A stretch of DNA of 63,060 bases, filler included, from Asterionella formosa (taxonomy: Eukaryota), in the NCBI GenBank assembly GCA_002256025.1. It is 15 parts of 15 records of this genome, joined end to end, with 100 filler letters (N's around TTAATTAATTAA, not from the genome) between each part and the next. Parts side by side here need not be neighbours in the genome. Positions count along the whole stretch, not along the records: positions 1 to 4,135 come from NKIB01013696.1; positions 4,236 to 8,356 come from NKIB01013697.1; positions 8,457 to 12,577 come from NKIB01013698.1; 12 more parts are not named here. One strand, 5' to 3'. The number at the start of each line of letters is the position of its first letter. The first letter of the stretch is position 1. Positions 1 through 11,319 of this stretch are shown one piece after another. Position numbers and translations under genes: made by a program. The notes beneath the pieces were generated by a model. That model was given only the letters and a program-made list of their open reading frames with translations, was not told the DNA's origin and searched no databases.

Positions 1-480
1 AATTGTCCGTTGCCTCAAACTTGCTTGGCATGTGCGTGCACACACTGTCGACTTGTTTTCAATGATATGTTGTTCTTGTATTCACTGTTGAACTTGTCCG
101 CATCTTTGTTACCATCAATAGAGCGACGCAGACGAAGTGGGTCTCTTCATTGTTGTTTGCTCCTGGAAAAGTCGGTGTCCGTGTCCGTGTCATCCTCATC
201 AATAGAGAGACAAGTTCTTTCGTTGGAAACATTGGTACCTTGTTGGAAAAATTGGTACCGTATCATCATTCGCTCGTTCGAACCACTGTCTGTTGCCTCA
301 AACCTGATTAGCGTTTGAGTACCGGTATGTGCACTGTCGACTTAAGTACATTACAGGCGGAGTGACTTCGCTACTAAATTGCGTGATATAATAATATACC
401 CTGTAGCACGATGCAGAATACAGTTGCTTCCCAATCATCTCATCATGATTGATAAGATGATACTGTGATATCATGATAAG
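1..480. repeat. Dispersed repeat (unclassified element), second copy at 45819-46263
   Basis: aattgtccgttgcctcaaa...gatactgtgat is colinear with the end of contig 11, with scattered substitutions and indels. Confidence 0.9.
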
Positions 481-937
481 GTTACATCGATGCATACATC
501 ACCAAAGTATGATATGTAATATTGAATAAAGTACATCACATAGCTATGATACATTGATCATAAAATTATGATGATTTTATGAAATGTATATGATATAATT
601 TTGATCAAAATATGATCATGTAAAAATAGTACAATGACAATAAAATACGATAAAATATGTACGCAAATGTTACCAAGACATCATAGAATATAAATGAAGC
701 AATCATAAAGTATGTTAATTAATATATATGTCTGTCATTTAATGTATACAGTTTAAGTCAACACTTAATATGATAGTATTATACAGTGGATAGGATCTAA
801 GTATACAGATGCATTGATATGTACATCACTATAATATGATTTGTGACATGATGGATTGATGCATATCACATACCGGTATCCTCAACAACCAGCCATCACA
901 TTCATTGTCGTGTCGTCTTTCCTTGTTTTAGCTATAT

Positions 938-1375
938 ATGTGCCAGCATGTGTATTGTGTAAACAAAACACTGGCGGAACATGCATATTACACTGTGCTC
1001 TGCTCAACAATTACTACACTCGGTTACCATCACACCAGTTCCACCTCCACAGGCGCCGCAATAAGCTCGATGAAAAACTCCGCGTTTCCCTTCCACTGTT
1101 TTACATCATTGTCTTCTGGCCCTTTGACAACTTTCCAAATGGCATTTCACGGATTTCATGGAAAGGATCAGTCAAACAAGAAATGTGACTTACTTCCATT
1201 GTTTACACTACACGACTTTATGTTTTCGGAAAAGAAGATGAAGAAAGTTTTGAAATCAATCGAAGATTCCTTTGAATACACTCAAAGATCAAATGAATTT
1301 GAACAGATTCATAATACTCCAGAAAATAATAATAATGAAGTATGCCGATACAATAGTGGCTGAGATTGAAAAGAA
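938..1375 (+). repeat. Dispersed repeat with coding-like sequence, second copy at ~50038-50465
   Basis: Near-identical DNA and peptide (MAFHGFH...FSEKKMKK.KSIEDSFEYTQ.NEFEQIHNTPE) in contig 12. Confidence 0.9.
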
Positions 1376-2180
1376 GGAAAGATTGCTTTCGAAGAGGAAA
1401 CCCAAACAGTTGGTCTTCGTGGATGAAGACTCTATTCGTACAGAGTCACAGTTCCACCAACCAGTGTCGTATTTTGCTCCTCATTCTCCCGAAATCGCTG
1501 ATAATGAAGAAGAACTCAGTGATTCTCATTCATTTGATGAACAAATTCATGCGATGAATGAAAATATCGGCGGAAATATGGCAGACATTTCTTCAGAAGT
1601 AGAAATGGTTGAAAAGTTGCAAAACCAAGAAACATATCTCACTATCCGTCCAGAACATCAAGATGAACATCATAAAAGCAGAGAAACTATTGCATTTCTA
1701 AAAGAACAGATATTCAAGAAAAAGTCCGAGCTAGATCAAGACCTCGAATTCAAGAAGATCAATGCAGACAGAGATGTGATGCTGGCTAAGGCAGTTGATG
1801 CTCTGAATAGGGAACGAAGTCAGAATCACAAAATTGAATCTTTTTTCAAATCATACATGGAAGAAAAAGAATTTCTTTGTAAAATCATTGAAAACAATCC
1901 AGAAGGCAGCTACTTTTGTGAAAAGTCGGCATGTGAAATGTGTAGAGCTATTATGCCAAAGCAAACGGCATTTTCCTTGAGTTTGCCGAAATCGCATGGA
2001 CAACTAAAATTGTGGAAAGATTTGTACACTCGTACCCCGCAAGATATATGCAATTACGCCTCTGTATTTTATGGAGTCAAAGGTAGTATCATCAAAAAAT
2101 CATCTTCAGATTTTAAAGATCTTGCATATTGGGACCTTGAAACAATTACCTCTAGCTATGTTCCATTATATAATTCATGA
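1272..2180 (+). CDS. Hypothetical protein (charged/coiled-coil, C-x4-C-x2-C cluster); probably a frameshifted continuation of ORF 938-1363 within a repeat element
   Basis: 302-aa ORF with YFCEKSACEMC; its 5' part is duplicated in contig 12; no recognisable family. Confidence 0.45.
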   Translation: MNTLKDQMNLNRFIILQKIIIMKYADTIVAEIEKKERLLSKRKPKQLVFVDEDSIRTESQFHQPVSYFAPHSPEIADNEEELSDSHSFDEQIHAMNENIGGNMADISSEVEMVEKLQNQETYLTIRPEHQDEHHKSRETIAFLKEQIFKKKSELDQDLEFKKINADRDVMLAKAVDALNRERSQNHKIESFFKSYMEEKEFLCKIIENNPEGSYFCEKSACEMCRAIMPKQTAFSLSLPKSHGQLKLWKDLYTRTPQDICNYASVFYGVKGSIIKKSSSDFKDLAYWDLETITSSYVPLYNS

Positions 2181-2502
2181 ACTTCATCCAATTGATGTAA
2201 CAAAGGTTATATTTGATCTTGATGAGAACCCAGAAAAGGGCATCAGAACCATTCCATATGAAATCGGTAAGCTCTGGGTCACTCTCCACTTCTTTGCCTA
2301 ACTCCGGTTTCACTGTGTATAGCCGAGTTAGGCAACATTCGGCAAACCAATCCTGTTTGTGATTGGAAATGCCTTTCATACTACTTGGACCAGATAGGGC
2401 GTGATGTTTGATTCTCTTTTGGGAACAGAAAAAAGCACATTTGATTGATATTCTGTTTTACAGTACCTGCAATTCACAAACTATAACATCAAACTTACAT
2501 GT

Positions 2503-3117
2503 TCACAGCAAAACTTCTTGGTCTTGAAAGCAAATAAAACTCACAACCTTTGTGACAATTGATGGTTCAATTTTAGCTAAGCGAGAATGACGTTCTGATA
2601 AGGCTGCTGAAATTGAAGAGTCCTCTTGATAACCTCGTATGGACGAGTTTTGAACCGAATTCGAATTGCGACCTTTGTAGTGATTGAGTTCATTGACCAA
2701 TTGATAATATCCTTTGGCAAGTACAAAATGTTTTTCCCTCAGGTTGTCATGTACTTGTTGGTCCGTGCGATTAGAAAATTTATGATATGGTACCATGTCG
2801 TCCATCTGCATCCGGGAGTTATTAATGTCATCATCGAAAGGAGCCATTTTTCTTGTATCAACAACTGAAGTAGAAACGTCATCATTGCTGTCAGTATCAA
2901 TTACGGGATCCTTTGTACTAGTAGCTGATGGTGTCCCAATCGACAATGGGGTATTACTCCCAACGTCTCCCAATCGCCGATTGGGTTGCTTTGGATAATT
3001 GCCTATTCGCTTTTTCTTTGTAAACTCATTTTGGAACTCGCTTCTTTGTTCAATACTGGCAGTATTTGCCACCTGCCGCTTGTTTCCATGAAACTCTTTA
3101 TGGTTTCTTGAAGACAT
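2503..3117 (-). CDS. Hypothetical protein, low-complexity N-terminus; may continue in further exons
   Basis: 204-aa ATG-initiated ORF; no recognised domain. Confidence 0.4.
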   Translation of the reverse strand: MSSRNHKEFHGNKRQVANTASIEQRSEFQNEFTKKKRIGNYPKQPNRRLGDVGSNTPLSIGTPSATSTKDPVIDTDSNDDVSTSVVDTRKMAPFDDDINNSRMQMDDMVPYHKFSNRTDQQVHDNLREKHFVLAKGYYQLVNELNHYKGRNSNSVQNSSIRGYQEDSSISAALSERHSRLAKIEPSIVTKVVSFICFQDQEVLL

Positions 3118-3174
3118 TGTACTACTTGATAACTGTTGTCGTTGTCTTCCTTAAAGTTCGATGATCTTAAATTC

Positions 3175-3640
3175 ATTTACTGTCCCGCTGCAGTAGCAGC
3201 AGTCATAGACATATGGTGTTCTATTGCTTGCTTATTACTCCGACTACAGCTTTTCAGTTTCACGATCATACAATCCTAAAACTAAGATGATTTACTATCC
3301 CACTGCAGTAGCAACAGTCTTGATTATATGGTTTTCTATTGGTTTTTAGTTTTACGATCATACAATCCTAGAACTATGATGATTTATTTTCCCACGGTAG
3401 TAGCAACAGTCCTGAATATATGGTATTCCATTGGTTTTTTGTTTTACGATCATACGATCCTAAAATTATGATGATTTACTGTCCCGCTGCAATAGCAGCA
3501 GTCATAGACATTTCGCGTTCTATTGGTTTTTAGTTTTACGATCATACGATCCTAAAACTAGTATGATGATTTACTGTCCCACTGCAGTAGCAACAGTCCT
3601 GAAGATATGCTGTTCTGTTGCTAGTTTACTACTCCGACTA
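3175..3640. repeat. Tandem array of ~5 x 92-bp units with internal hairpins
   Basis: Units start at 3175, 3290, 3382, 3474, 3569 (atttactgtcccRctgcagtagcaRcagtc...tagttttacgatcatacgatcctaaaacta). Confidence 0.92.
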
Positions 3641-4135
3641 CCCCCAGTATATCAGTTACTACCTGCTACTGGTACCCTGTATATAAATATGATACATTGT
3701 TATTGTCGTATGATGTACCGGTACACATGAAGAGCTCCCAACCAAAAAAGGGGCTTAAACAATTTGCTACCAAAACCCTTGCGGCAATTGAACGGTCTAA
3801 ATAATTAGTTTCAACGGACGTAGAAAATATCGATGCAAACAAATTTCAGAGATAATACCGGTACACGTAGTCGTGGAAAACAATGGACATATAGTGCATT
3901 GAGTATTTTCGAATTTTGTATATGCGAGTATGGCCACCTCAACCATATCAGATGTTCTATATCGAGAGCGCCTTTGAATTTTATAAAATGTATTACGCTA
4001 TATATATGTATATATTTACAAATTTTATTAGTATATTCATGGCAAATATATTTTTCAAATCGTTCTGTCATGTTAACAAACAATGCCTGCTGCTTCATGA
4101 AAAGATACGTCGTAGTAAAGCACATGACAAGAAAA

Positions 4136-4235
4136 NNNNNNNNNNNNNNNNNNNNNNNNNNNNNNNNNNNNNNNNNNNNTTAATTAATTAANNNNNNNNN
4201 NNNNNNNNNNNNNNNNNNNNNNNNNNNNNNNNNNN
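4136..4235. other. Artificial contig linker N44-TTAATTAATTAA-N44; identical linkers start at 8357, 12578, 16798, 21017, 25231, 29440, 33648, 37856, 42060, 46264, 50466, 54665, 58863
   Basis: 14 identical 100-bp spacers with stop codons in all six frames; flanking contigs decrease in length. Confidence 0.99.
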
Positions 4236-5409
4236 ACTATTTCGTGTAAACGCGGAAACGTCAAAACGAGGCAAATGGCTGAAAAAAGAAAATGCAACTA
4301 ACCGGGGCATTAGAGGGGCGGCCCGAAGGAAATGTAAGCAAGCCTTGCTAAATTTGCTTTATTCCCTCCTAACTCATAATTATTCTCTTCTTCCGGCACA
4401 AGTGATGAAAACAACCAATCATGAACAGTTCTATATTTATTAGGATTTAAATATTTAAATTCTAGCGTCATCATACATAACATCTACTAGTGGTAGTAGC
4501 GCCTGAAAACTGAGGGTCAATTGTTTAATAACTCCTTCTTCCGACTAAAATTATCGAAGCTTCTTAAATGATAAAATTCTAACCAAGTACGAATCTTATT
4601 GTAGTCGATACAAAGGAGGGGATAGTTATCATTTCATCAATTCTGAAGAAGACCATACATTTATGGAAATCTAAGCCATTTAATTTTACCCATTTTTTGA
4701 CTCATAACGATGTATTTCAGTACATATTTTTAATCTGTACATTTAGTTTTCTTACCCCCAAACCTTTTTTTTGCTCGATTGTTACCAAAAAATTTTTTTT
4801 ATATCTCTTTTGCTGATGCTATTGAGACCGATACCAGCTACTTCCCGGGTTTTAATTGCCCATCATAGCAGTAGTATATTCGTCAAGAATTCGTTTGGAC
4901 CTCGCATATCAATCACTTCAAGTTCTCATCTGTCTGGTGGTCCTCCTCTTATTTCAACTCATTTCACGGGTGATTTTGGTGATTTCATGAAAAAATCTAT
5001 TGTGTAATGTATCAGGTAGTCACGCAGAGAGGTTGTAGCTGATGTTCTCCATTTAGGTAGAGGAGAAAGTAAAATGACGTCGCTGCATATTTTACACTGA
5101 CAAAAAATCCATTTGGAAACTGAATGACTCTCCTACCCACGGAAATACTTTCTGACACCTGTATACATAAATAAATAAAGGTGATGCCATCTGAATAGAG
5201 TAAAAATTAATTTATCTTTTTCATTCCTTTTCTCGTCGACAGTAACCTTGGGGACTAAATATCGAAGTAACGCTAGCTAATTGACAAGTTCAAAGCACAA
5301 TCATTATTTGTTACTTGAACAATTATGTTTGTATCTATCATATTTAGTCCAAAACATGAATTTAATCGATTTAACGTTGACTCTCAGTTCAAATCTTCCA
5401 ACCGTTGAC

Positions 5410-6054
5410 NNNNNNNNNNNNNNNNNNNNNNNNNNNNNNNNNNNNNNNNNNNNNNNNNNNNNNNNNNNNNNNNNNNNNNNNNNNNNNNNNNNNNNNNNNN
5501 NNNNNNNNNNNNNNNNNNNNNNNNNNNNNNNNNNNNNNNNNNNNNNNNNNNNNNNNNNNNNNNNNNNNNNNNNNNNNNNNNNNNNNNNNNNNNNNNNNNN
5601 NNNNNNNNNNNNNNNNNNNNNNNNNNNNNNNNNNNNNNNNNNNNNNNNNNNNNNNNNNNNNNNNNNNNNNNNNNNNNNNNNNNNNNNNNNNNNNNNNNNN
5701 NNNNNNNNNNNNNNNNNNNNNNNNNNNNNNNNNNNNNNNNNNNNNNNNNNNNNNNNNNNNNNNNNNNNNNNNNNNNNNNNNNNNNNNNNNNNNNNNNNNN
5801 NNNNNNNNNNNNNNNNNNNNNNNNNNNNNNNNNNNNNNNNNNNNNNNNNNNNNNNNNNNNNNNNNNNNNNNNNNNNNNNNNNNNNNNNNNNNNNNNNNNN
5901 NNNNNNNNNNNNNNNNNNNNNNNNNNNNNNNNNNNNNNNNNNNNNNNNNNNNNNNNNNNNNNNNNNNNNNNNNNNNNNNNNNNNNNNNNNNNNNNNNNNN
6001 NNNNNNNNNNNNNNNNNNNNNNNNNNNNNNNNNNNNNNNNNNNNNNNNNNNNNN
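5410..6054. other. Scaffold gap (N run) inside contig 2
   Basis: Continuous N run without the linker motif. Confidence 0.98.
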
Positions 6055-6357
6055 AAGGTAGTTGAGGTAAAATGTATGCAACGGCAAATAACAGAACAAC
6101 GCAAGGATTTCACCTGTGGGATGCTTGTTAGTCTAGACACTTATTTCACTGCTCTGGAGATTGCGATGTCTACATCAACACATAGAGAGCTATTGGGGTG
6201 TACTGCAGTCACTGCAAATTAGCAAAACCAAGAAAATATGACTCTACAATAACTAGGGTGACTCGCAGCATCGAAAAATGCTGTGATGGTTTAAACCAAG
6301 GGTTAATTTCTTTGTCTATCTATCGCATTTTACTAGCAAATACAGCATCATCTCAGC

Positions 6358-7977
6358 TTATGACTCTAATTTGAGAGAATCCGATCTTTGCACTCCAGAA
6401 ACCCTCCAGGAGTCTGGATTTTCCCCTATTTGTTTGAGATGAATTTGAAATGCAGATTCATCGCACGAATCAATTGCCAAAGGGTCGTAATTAAGGATCT
6501 CATCCGGAAAATATTGCTTGGCCACGATAGTGCCCTTGCCTCTCTGGGTAGGATCTTCAACAAGGGCATCGTACGCACGAGCGAATCCTCGACGTACCCC
6601 TTCAAAAATAGCCTTTCGTCCAATCTCAAGTCGTGGGACTTCGGGAGATCCAGGTGGTACTGCAATTGCAAGTAAATGAGGCTTGGTGATGTCGAGGTAG
6701 TCCCGCTCCTCCCAAGCCTCATGATTCAGTTCAAGAACGCTTTCAGCATATCTTTTCTTGTGACGATATTGCCTGACATAGCGGAAAATGTTACCAAGGC
6801 TGTTCTTGCGCAAAAAGAAGCGTCGAAATATCAGGCGCTCAAAGAAGCTGCTCTTTCCAGTGACATCGGCACCATCTGGTCGGGTTCGGAGAACAATGAC
6901 ATGAGTGGCACCATTTTTAATGGCAGAATGGTAAGGCATTGGTTCATACAAGAGGGCATCAGCCATGGGCTCGTATTCATCTGGATCTAGCTTGTTTCCA
7001 ATCACCATCTTTCTGGCCACATTTCCCCGCAGGTTCTTTTGCCGATTCATGACAGGTCCAGCAATACCAGGCAATAAGCAGGATGCATGCATGCAATTGG
7101 CTAGATCTGAAAGACTGGCAAAGTCACCATTTTCCATATTCAGTGCGACCGAAGTTCCTTGCTCCAAACTTGAAACCACGATATTCATGGGCTGCTTTTT
7201 TTGCATAGCAGCAAAACGTTCCCAATCCAACGGCTTCGTCTCTTGCACTGTACGTTTCAGGAGGAAGTCCAAACTTAAGACTGGCTTTCCAAATTTCGGA
7301 CGTGTAATAACATCTTTGATGAGTCTAGGATCGGCCAAGCCTAGTCCGAGAGCTCGTAGTAAACGACTCGAATCTATAAACTTCGTCCCTGCCGTCGTCA
7401 GTGCGTCATAATAAATCTCAGGTCCAAACCATTGAAGCTGTCGAGTGATGAAGTATGAGCCAATAACAGTTCCTGCAGAAGATCCATACACAACGTCGAT
7501 TGTTTCTTCCAATCCTAGATAATGAATCGCAGCTACCATGCCTGCTGATAAGCATCCTCGCATTCCTCCCCCTTCCACAGCTAATGCAACCTTGCAACCA
7601 TCTGGCCTAGGGCCTTCGGTGCATGTGGAATTGCTCCGCCTTCGCTCGTGAATTAATTTAAGCACGGGATGAATTCGCTCTGGATGGTTCTTGTCTCCAA
7701 TGATTTGTGTGTCGCCAAGAACGTTGACTGAGTTGATAAGGCGATCGTAGTTGATATTGCCTTCGGCATCTCGAAATCGTTCTTCACGATCTTCCCAATA
7801 AGAATCAAGATCTTCATTCGTTGTCACAGAATACTTCGGAACGACTTTGCTTGCAAAGATCTGATTTATACGACCTTGGTGAAGGTTTTGCTTGACGAAA
7901 ACAAACGGCACGATAAAGCATCGAACCAGGTGAAAGCAGCAAAACAACATAGCCAATGTTGTATGAGTTCTTATCAT
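6358..7977 (-). CDS. Patatin-like phospholipase domain protein (5' end uncertain)
   Basis: ALAVEGGGMRG oxyanion loop, YGSSAG nucleophile motif, ASCLLP and MADAL (DGG-equivalent); first in-frame ATG at 7977. Confidence 0.88.
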   Translation of the reverse strand: MIRTHTTLAMLFCCFHLVRCFIVPFVFVKQNLHQGRINQIFASKVVPKYSVTTNEDLDSYWEDREERFRDAEGNINYDRLINSVNVLGDTQIIGDKNHPERIHPVLKLIHERRRSNSTCTEGPRPDGCKVALAVEGGGMRGCLSAGMVAAIHYLGLEETIDVVYGSSAGTVIGSYFITRQLQWFGPEIYYDALTTAGTKFIDSSRLLRALGLGLADPRLIKDVITRPKFGKPVLSLDFLLKRTVQETKPLDWERFAAMQKKQPMNIVVSSLEQGTSVALNMENGDFASLSDLANCMHASCLLPGIAGPVMNRQKNLRGNVARKMVIGNKLDPDEYEPMADALLYEPMPYHSAIKNGATHVIVLRTRPDGADVTGKSSFFERLIFRRFFLRKNSLGNIFRYVRQYRHKKRYAESVLELNHEAWEERDYLDITKPHLLAIAVPPGSPEVPRLEIGRKAIFEGVRRGFARAYDALVEDPTQRGKGTIVAKQYFPDEILNYDPLAIDSCDESAFQIHLKQIGENPDSWRVSGVQRSDSLKLES

Positions 7978-8602
7978 TTTACCGTGAATGAGATCCGGGA
8001 GGACGTCTTGCTGTCTTGGTGGGCAGGATGGAAACGAGACTGGCCCAACTGATGCCTCCAAGAGAGATTCAGTAAAAGGCGCAGGTGTTGATTTTGTGAG
8101 CAGCGATGATGACGATGGGAGGAGATTCTCGCAAGCAAGCCGTCATCATCAGCCAGTTCTTATGCCATTGCTTAAATATTACGGCGCCGGAAAATAACTC
8201 GTGACCCAATTTTTTCGAAAACCATCCTTGGCCGTTCCTTGCTCCCTTGGAAACTTGTGTTTTCCGGGTTTCGATTTCCGAAACTCATTCTTTTCAGTCA
8301 CGTCGGGAAATTAGTCGATTTTCCTGATGCGCGCAGACGATTTTCTTCGGAAACTTNNNNNNNNNNNNNNNNNNNNNNNNNNNNNNNNNNNNNNNNNNNN
8401 TTAATTAATTAANNNNNNNNNNNNNNNNNNNNNNNNNNNNNNNNNNNNNNNNNNNNAGCCTCTGTGCACAAATATAAGGACAATGTCCTGCAACATCGTA
8501 GACAAATCTGCTATGAGTATACGTAGTGCTGCACGTCGGTTAATTTTTACAGCTACACATAAAAAGAATAGACATAATAAGTGCAAGTCATCTGTTAATC
8601 CA

Positions 8603-9058
8603 ATGAAACTCAACGTCCTTTCTCGTGTCCTCCTTGCCGGAATGCTCGCCTCATGTGCAACAAGTCATGTGCAGCAAAGTGTCGAGGCTCAAGCTGTAAA
8701 CGTCCTCGACAATCAAGCGTTGGAACTGGCGGCGCCGTCATCTCGGGGCCTAACTGACGCAGCTGGTGATGATGAATCCATGACAGAAAGTGAACCTCTT
8801 CCTATGCAACTTGCTCCTGACACTGACGCAGCTGCTCCCACAGAACAGGCTCCGATTACGGAAGGATATGGCGAAATGATGACGGATGATGACAATTTCT
8901 TCTTGGAGGATAATATGACAGAAAAAAATGCACTTCCAGTGCAACTTGCTCCTGATTCTGAATTTGAAACTGACAATTATGTCGAAGCTGATTGGGACCA
9001 AGCTGCAGGTGATGATGGGGAACAGGGTACCAGGCAATTGAGAGGAAGAAGATTCTAG
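8603..9058 (+). CDS. Secreted acidic protein with RXL motifs and an internal duplication
   Basis: Signal peptide MKLNVLSRVLLAGMLASCATS; D/E-rich body; MTESEPLPMQLAPD / MTEKNALPVQLAPD repeat; RGL and RQL motifs. Confidence 0.7.
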   Translation: MKLNVLSRVLLAGMLASCATSHVQQSVEAQAVNVLDNQALELAAPSSRGLTDAAGDDESMTESEPLPMQLAPDTDAAAPTEQAPITEGYGEMMTDDDNFFLEDNMTEKNALPVQLAPDSEFETDNYVEADWDQAAGDDGEQGTRQLRGRRF

Positions 9059-10734
9059 AATCAGGTGTTTTCCAGAAATTGGATAGTAGAAGTCAGGAGC
9101 AACAGCAGCAGAGATTCAAAGGAGCATTGATGGTGGCTGTACTATATTTGGTCACTATTATGTACATGTATAGAACAATTAGATAAATTGTGATCATCCC
9201 TTCATTGCGTTTCTAGAGTTCAAAAAATACAATATATATTTTTCTAGAGTGCACTGTTTGGTAAGTTCATTTGCTCTCTTGAACAGATTCAGAGCAATCA
9301 TCCTATTTCCAGTTGTCACAACACTGTCCTCTTGTGGGTGCATTAAGCAAGACCTCTCCATATAATTGGTTGGGTAGGAGATCAATGCTCTTCTAGCAGC
9401 AACAAGTACCTTTGGATAAATACTATTCTTGCTCTGAATACATTGGTACCTCATTTCTCGCATCTGGAATAAAGTAGCTAGCAACCGAACTTGACTAGAT
9501 TTGGTTTATTAATGATGCTGATGATAACAATCGCAAAAAAGCCATCATGACTGCCCAGTCTGTTGGAGTTTTCACTATACCAAATTATGATGGCATTTAT
9601 AAACAAATTTACACATACCAGTGGAACCAGGGTAGGTGCCACTGTGTCCTTCCAGCTAAGGAGGTATATGGTGCTTTGACAAGCACATGCGCTGGAATGG
9701 GCACAGAGGTACTATGTCCAATGTTATGCTGAAAAAGCCAGTGAAATTTTACAATGAGAGGACACAAAGAGACTGGAAAGACTCAATCTCTGATTCTGTT
9801 ACTATCAACAGATTTTCAAGGAGTAGATACACTTGTTGAGCCTCGCTCTTGTTGGTTGCTGCGCTAGAAGACTGATCACATTGTGAAGCAAGATGATGTC
9901 ACATCAAGAAGAAAAAGATGCACCTGTTATATCCCCCATGAGTGTCAGTGATCGTGGCATAAAAAGAAACTCTAATCATTAGATTTAGACACAGAGAACA
10001 CGTGACGTCAATGTTCTTTACTTGGAATGACCGGAATGACTAATTCCATCAGCTGGTTGGGAAAGAAGCAATGCTTCCCGATTTTTACGATGCTTTTCAA
10101 ATGCCAAAAAGCCTATTCCTCTTTTCCTCTGTATCAATACCGGTACTAACAAAATTGGTAAATATACAGGGATCTTTATAAACTCCCCAATGTCGGAGCA
10201 CTTCATCAACACCATTGGAGTCATCTTGACTACTGTTGTTGCTGTACACCATTGCTCGATATTTAACAATTAATGGTGGTAGCTACAAGGTACTCAACAT
10301 TCTAATATTTATCTATATAATACATTCCGGTAAATATCTGTGGGATGTAATACACTAACCCCAAATTAGTTTTTTCTTGTTTGCTTCCAGGCTGTAGGAA
10401 TTATTATTCTTTATTGTGACCATAGATTTTCTCCAACAGCTCAAAACATAACAATGCTGGTCCTTGTTCATACAAGTTATTCTTCATTTATGACCTAATT
10501 ATCTTGCAGGCCGAAAATTTTCGATCTGAATTCTTTTAATTGTCATGATGTGAGATCATTTGATCCAACACGACCTCGAAATAACACTGGTACTGCTAGC
10601 TAACTCAACATCCTAGTCACATGGTGCTTTGAGGGTACCTGGTACTACTCTATGCATACCGGTACCGTGTGAACCGTACATATGCATGCACGATTTCAAA
10701 CATGCATTGTTTATTTTGTATGATTTGTTGCCTT

Positions 10735-10778
10735 TTTTCGACATCAAGTAGGCACACCAACGGATTCTGGATTCCTTC
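10735..10778. repeat. Short dispersed repeat, inverted copy at ~18098-18140
   Basis: ttcgacatcaagtaggcacaccaacggattctggattc is close to the reverse complement of gaatccagaatccgttcgtatgccatacttgatgtcgaa. Confidence 0.7.
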
Positions 10779-10911
10779 CTGTGGTAAACTCGTGTGTAGA
10801 ATTCATTGTATGTAGCCTGTTCATATCGTACCAACGTAAATGTCTAAGTGTCTGGTAAACCTGAAATGCAGCTCATCCTGCATCTGCATTTTGCTCGACA
10901 TGTGCATACCT

Positions 10912-11100
10912 GAAAATCGAAAAAGGCCCAAAACTTTTTTTGAAACGTGCGCAGTTGCCAATTTTAATTTTTCTATGTGAATTATATTACATACACAGAT
11001 CTTTACATAGCTCAGGGTAAGCCGAGCAATATCATAGGGCAATTGAGCCGGAGAAAATCGTTTGAGTCAAAAAAGCCCCGAAGACATTTGAATTATCAAT
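10912..11100. repeat. Dispersed non-coding repeat (probable DNA transposon/MITE end), second copy at ~56868-57045
   Basis: Shared blocks aaaatcgaaaaa.gccc, ttttttgaaacgt, gccaattttaa, ggcaattgagYcggagaaaatc, gagtcaaaa, tttgaattatc in the same order. Confidence 0.8.
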
Positions 11101-11319
11101 TCAACTAACGGGATACAAAAACGGGATACAGAATATCATGAGATCACATGTTTTACTTCTGATTTCCAATCTTTCATGTGTTGCTGCTCATAACAACAAC
11201 CGAGAAAGACGTGAACTGATTTATCTTACAAGAAGGAATCATTTCGCCCCCATAATTTTCACATTTAAATTGAAAAAACTTCGAGAGTCGACAAAGCCTT
11301 TGCCACCACAACAAACGAA

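Noticed and set aside
3175..3640. CRISPR array
   Set aside because: The variable segments are homologous to each other rather than unique spacers, no cas genes are present, and the context is eukaryotic.
4180..4191. TTAATTAATTAA recurring every ~4.2 kb as a biological repeat
   Set aside because: Always embedded in N44 flanks; it is a synthetic six-frame-stop contig linker.
4236..5409. Possible decayed minus-strand gene with a CxCxxC motif
   Set aside because: Fragmentary and frameshifted; cannot be assigned.
5281..6222. Long ORFs made of X residues, and ORFs ending in ...LIN
   Set aside because: Artefacts of translating through N gaps and linkers.
9100..10300. Short ORFs downstream of the RXL protein
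   Set aside because: No coherent reading frame or recognisable motif.
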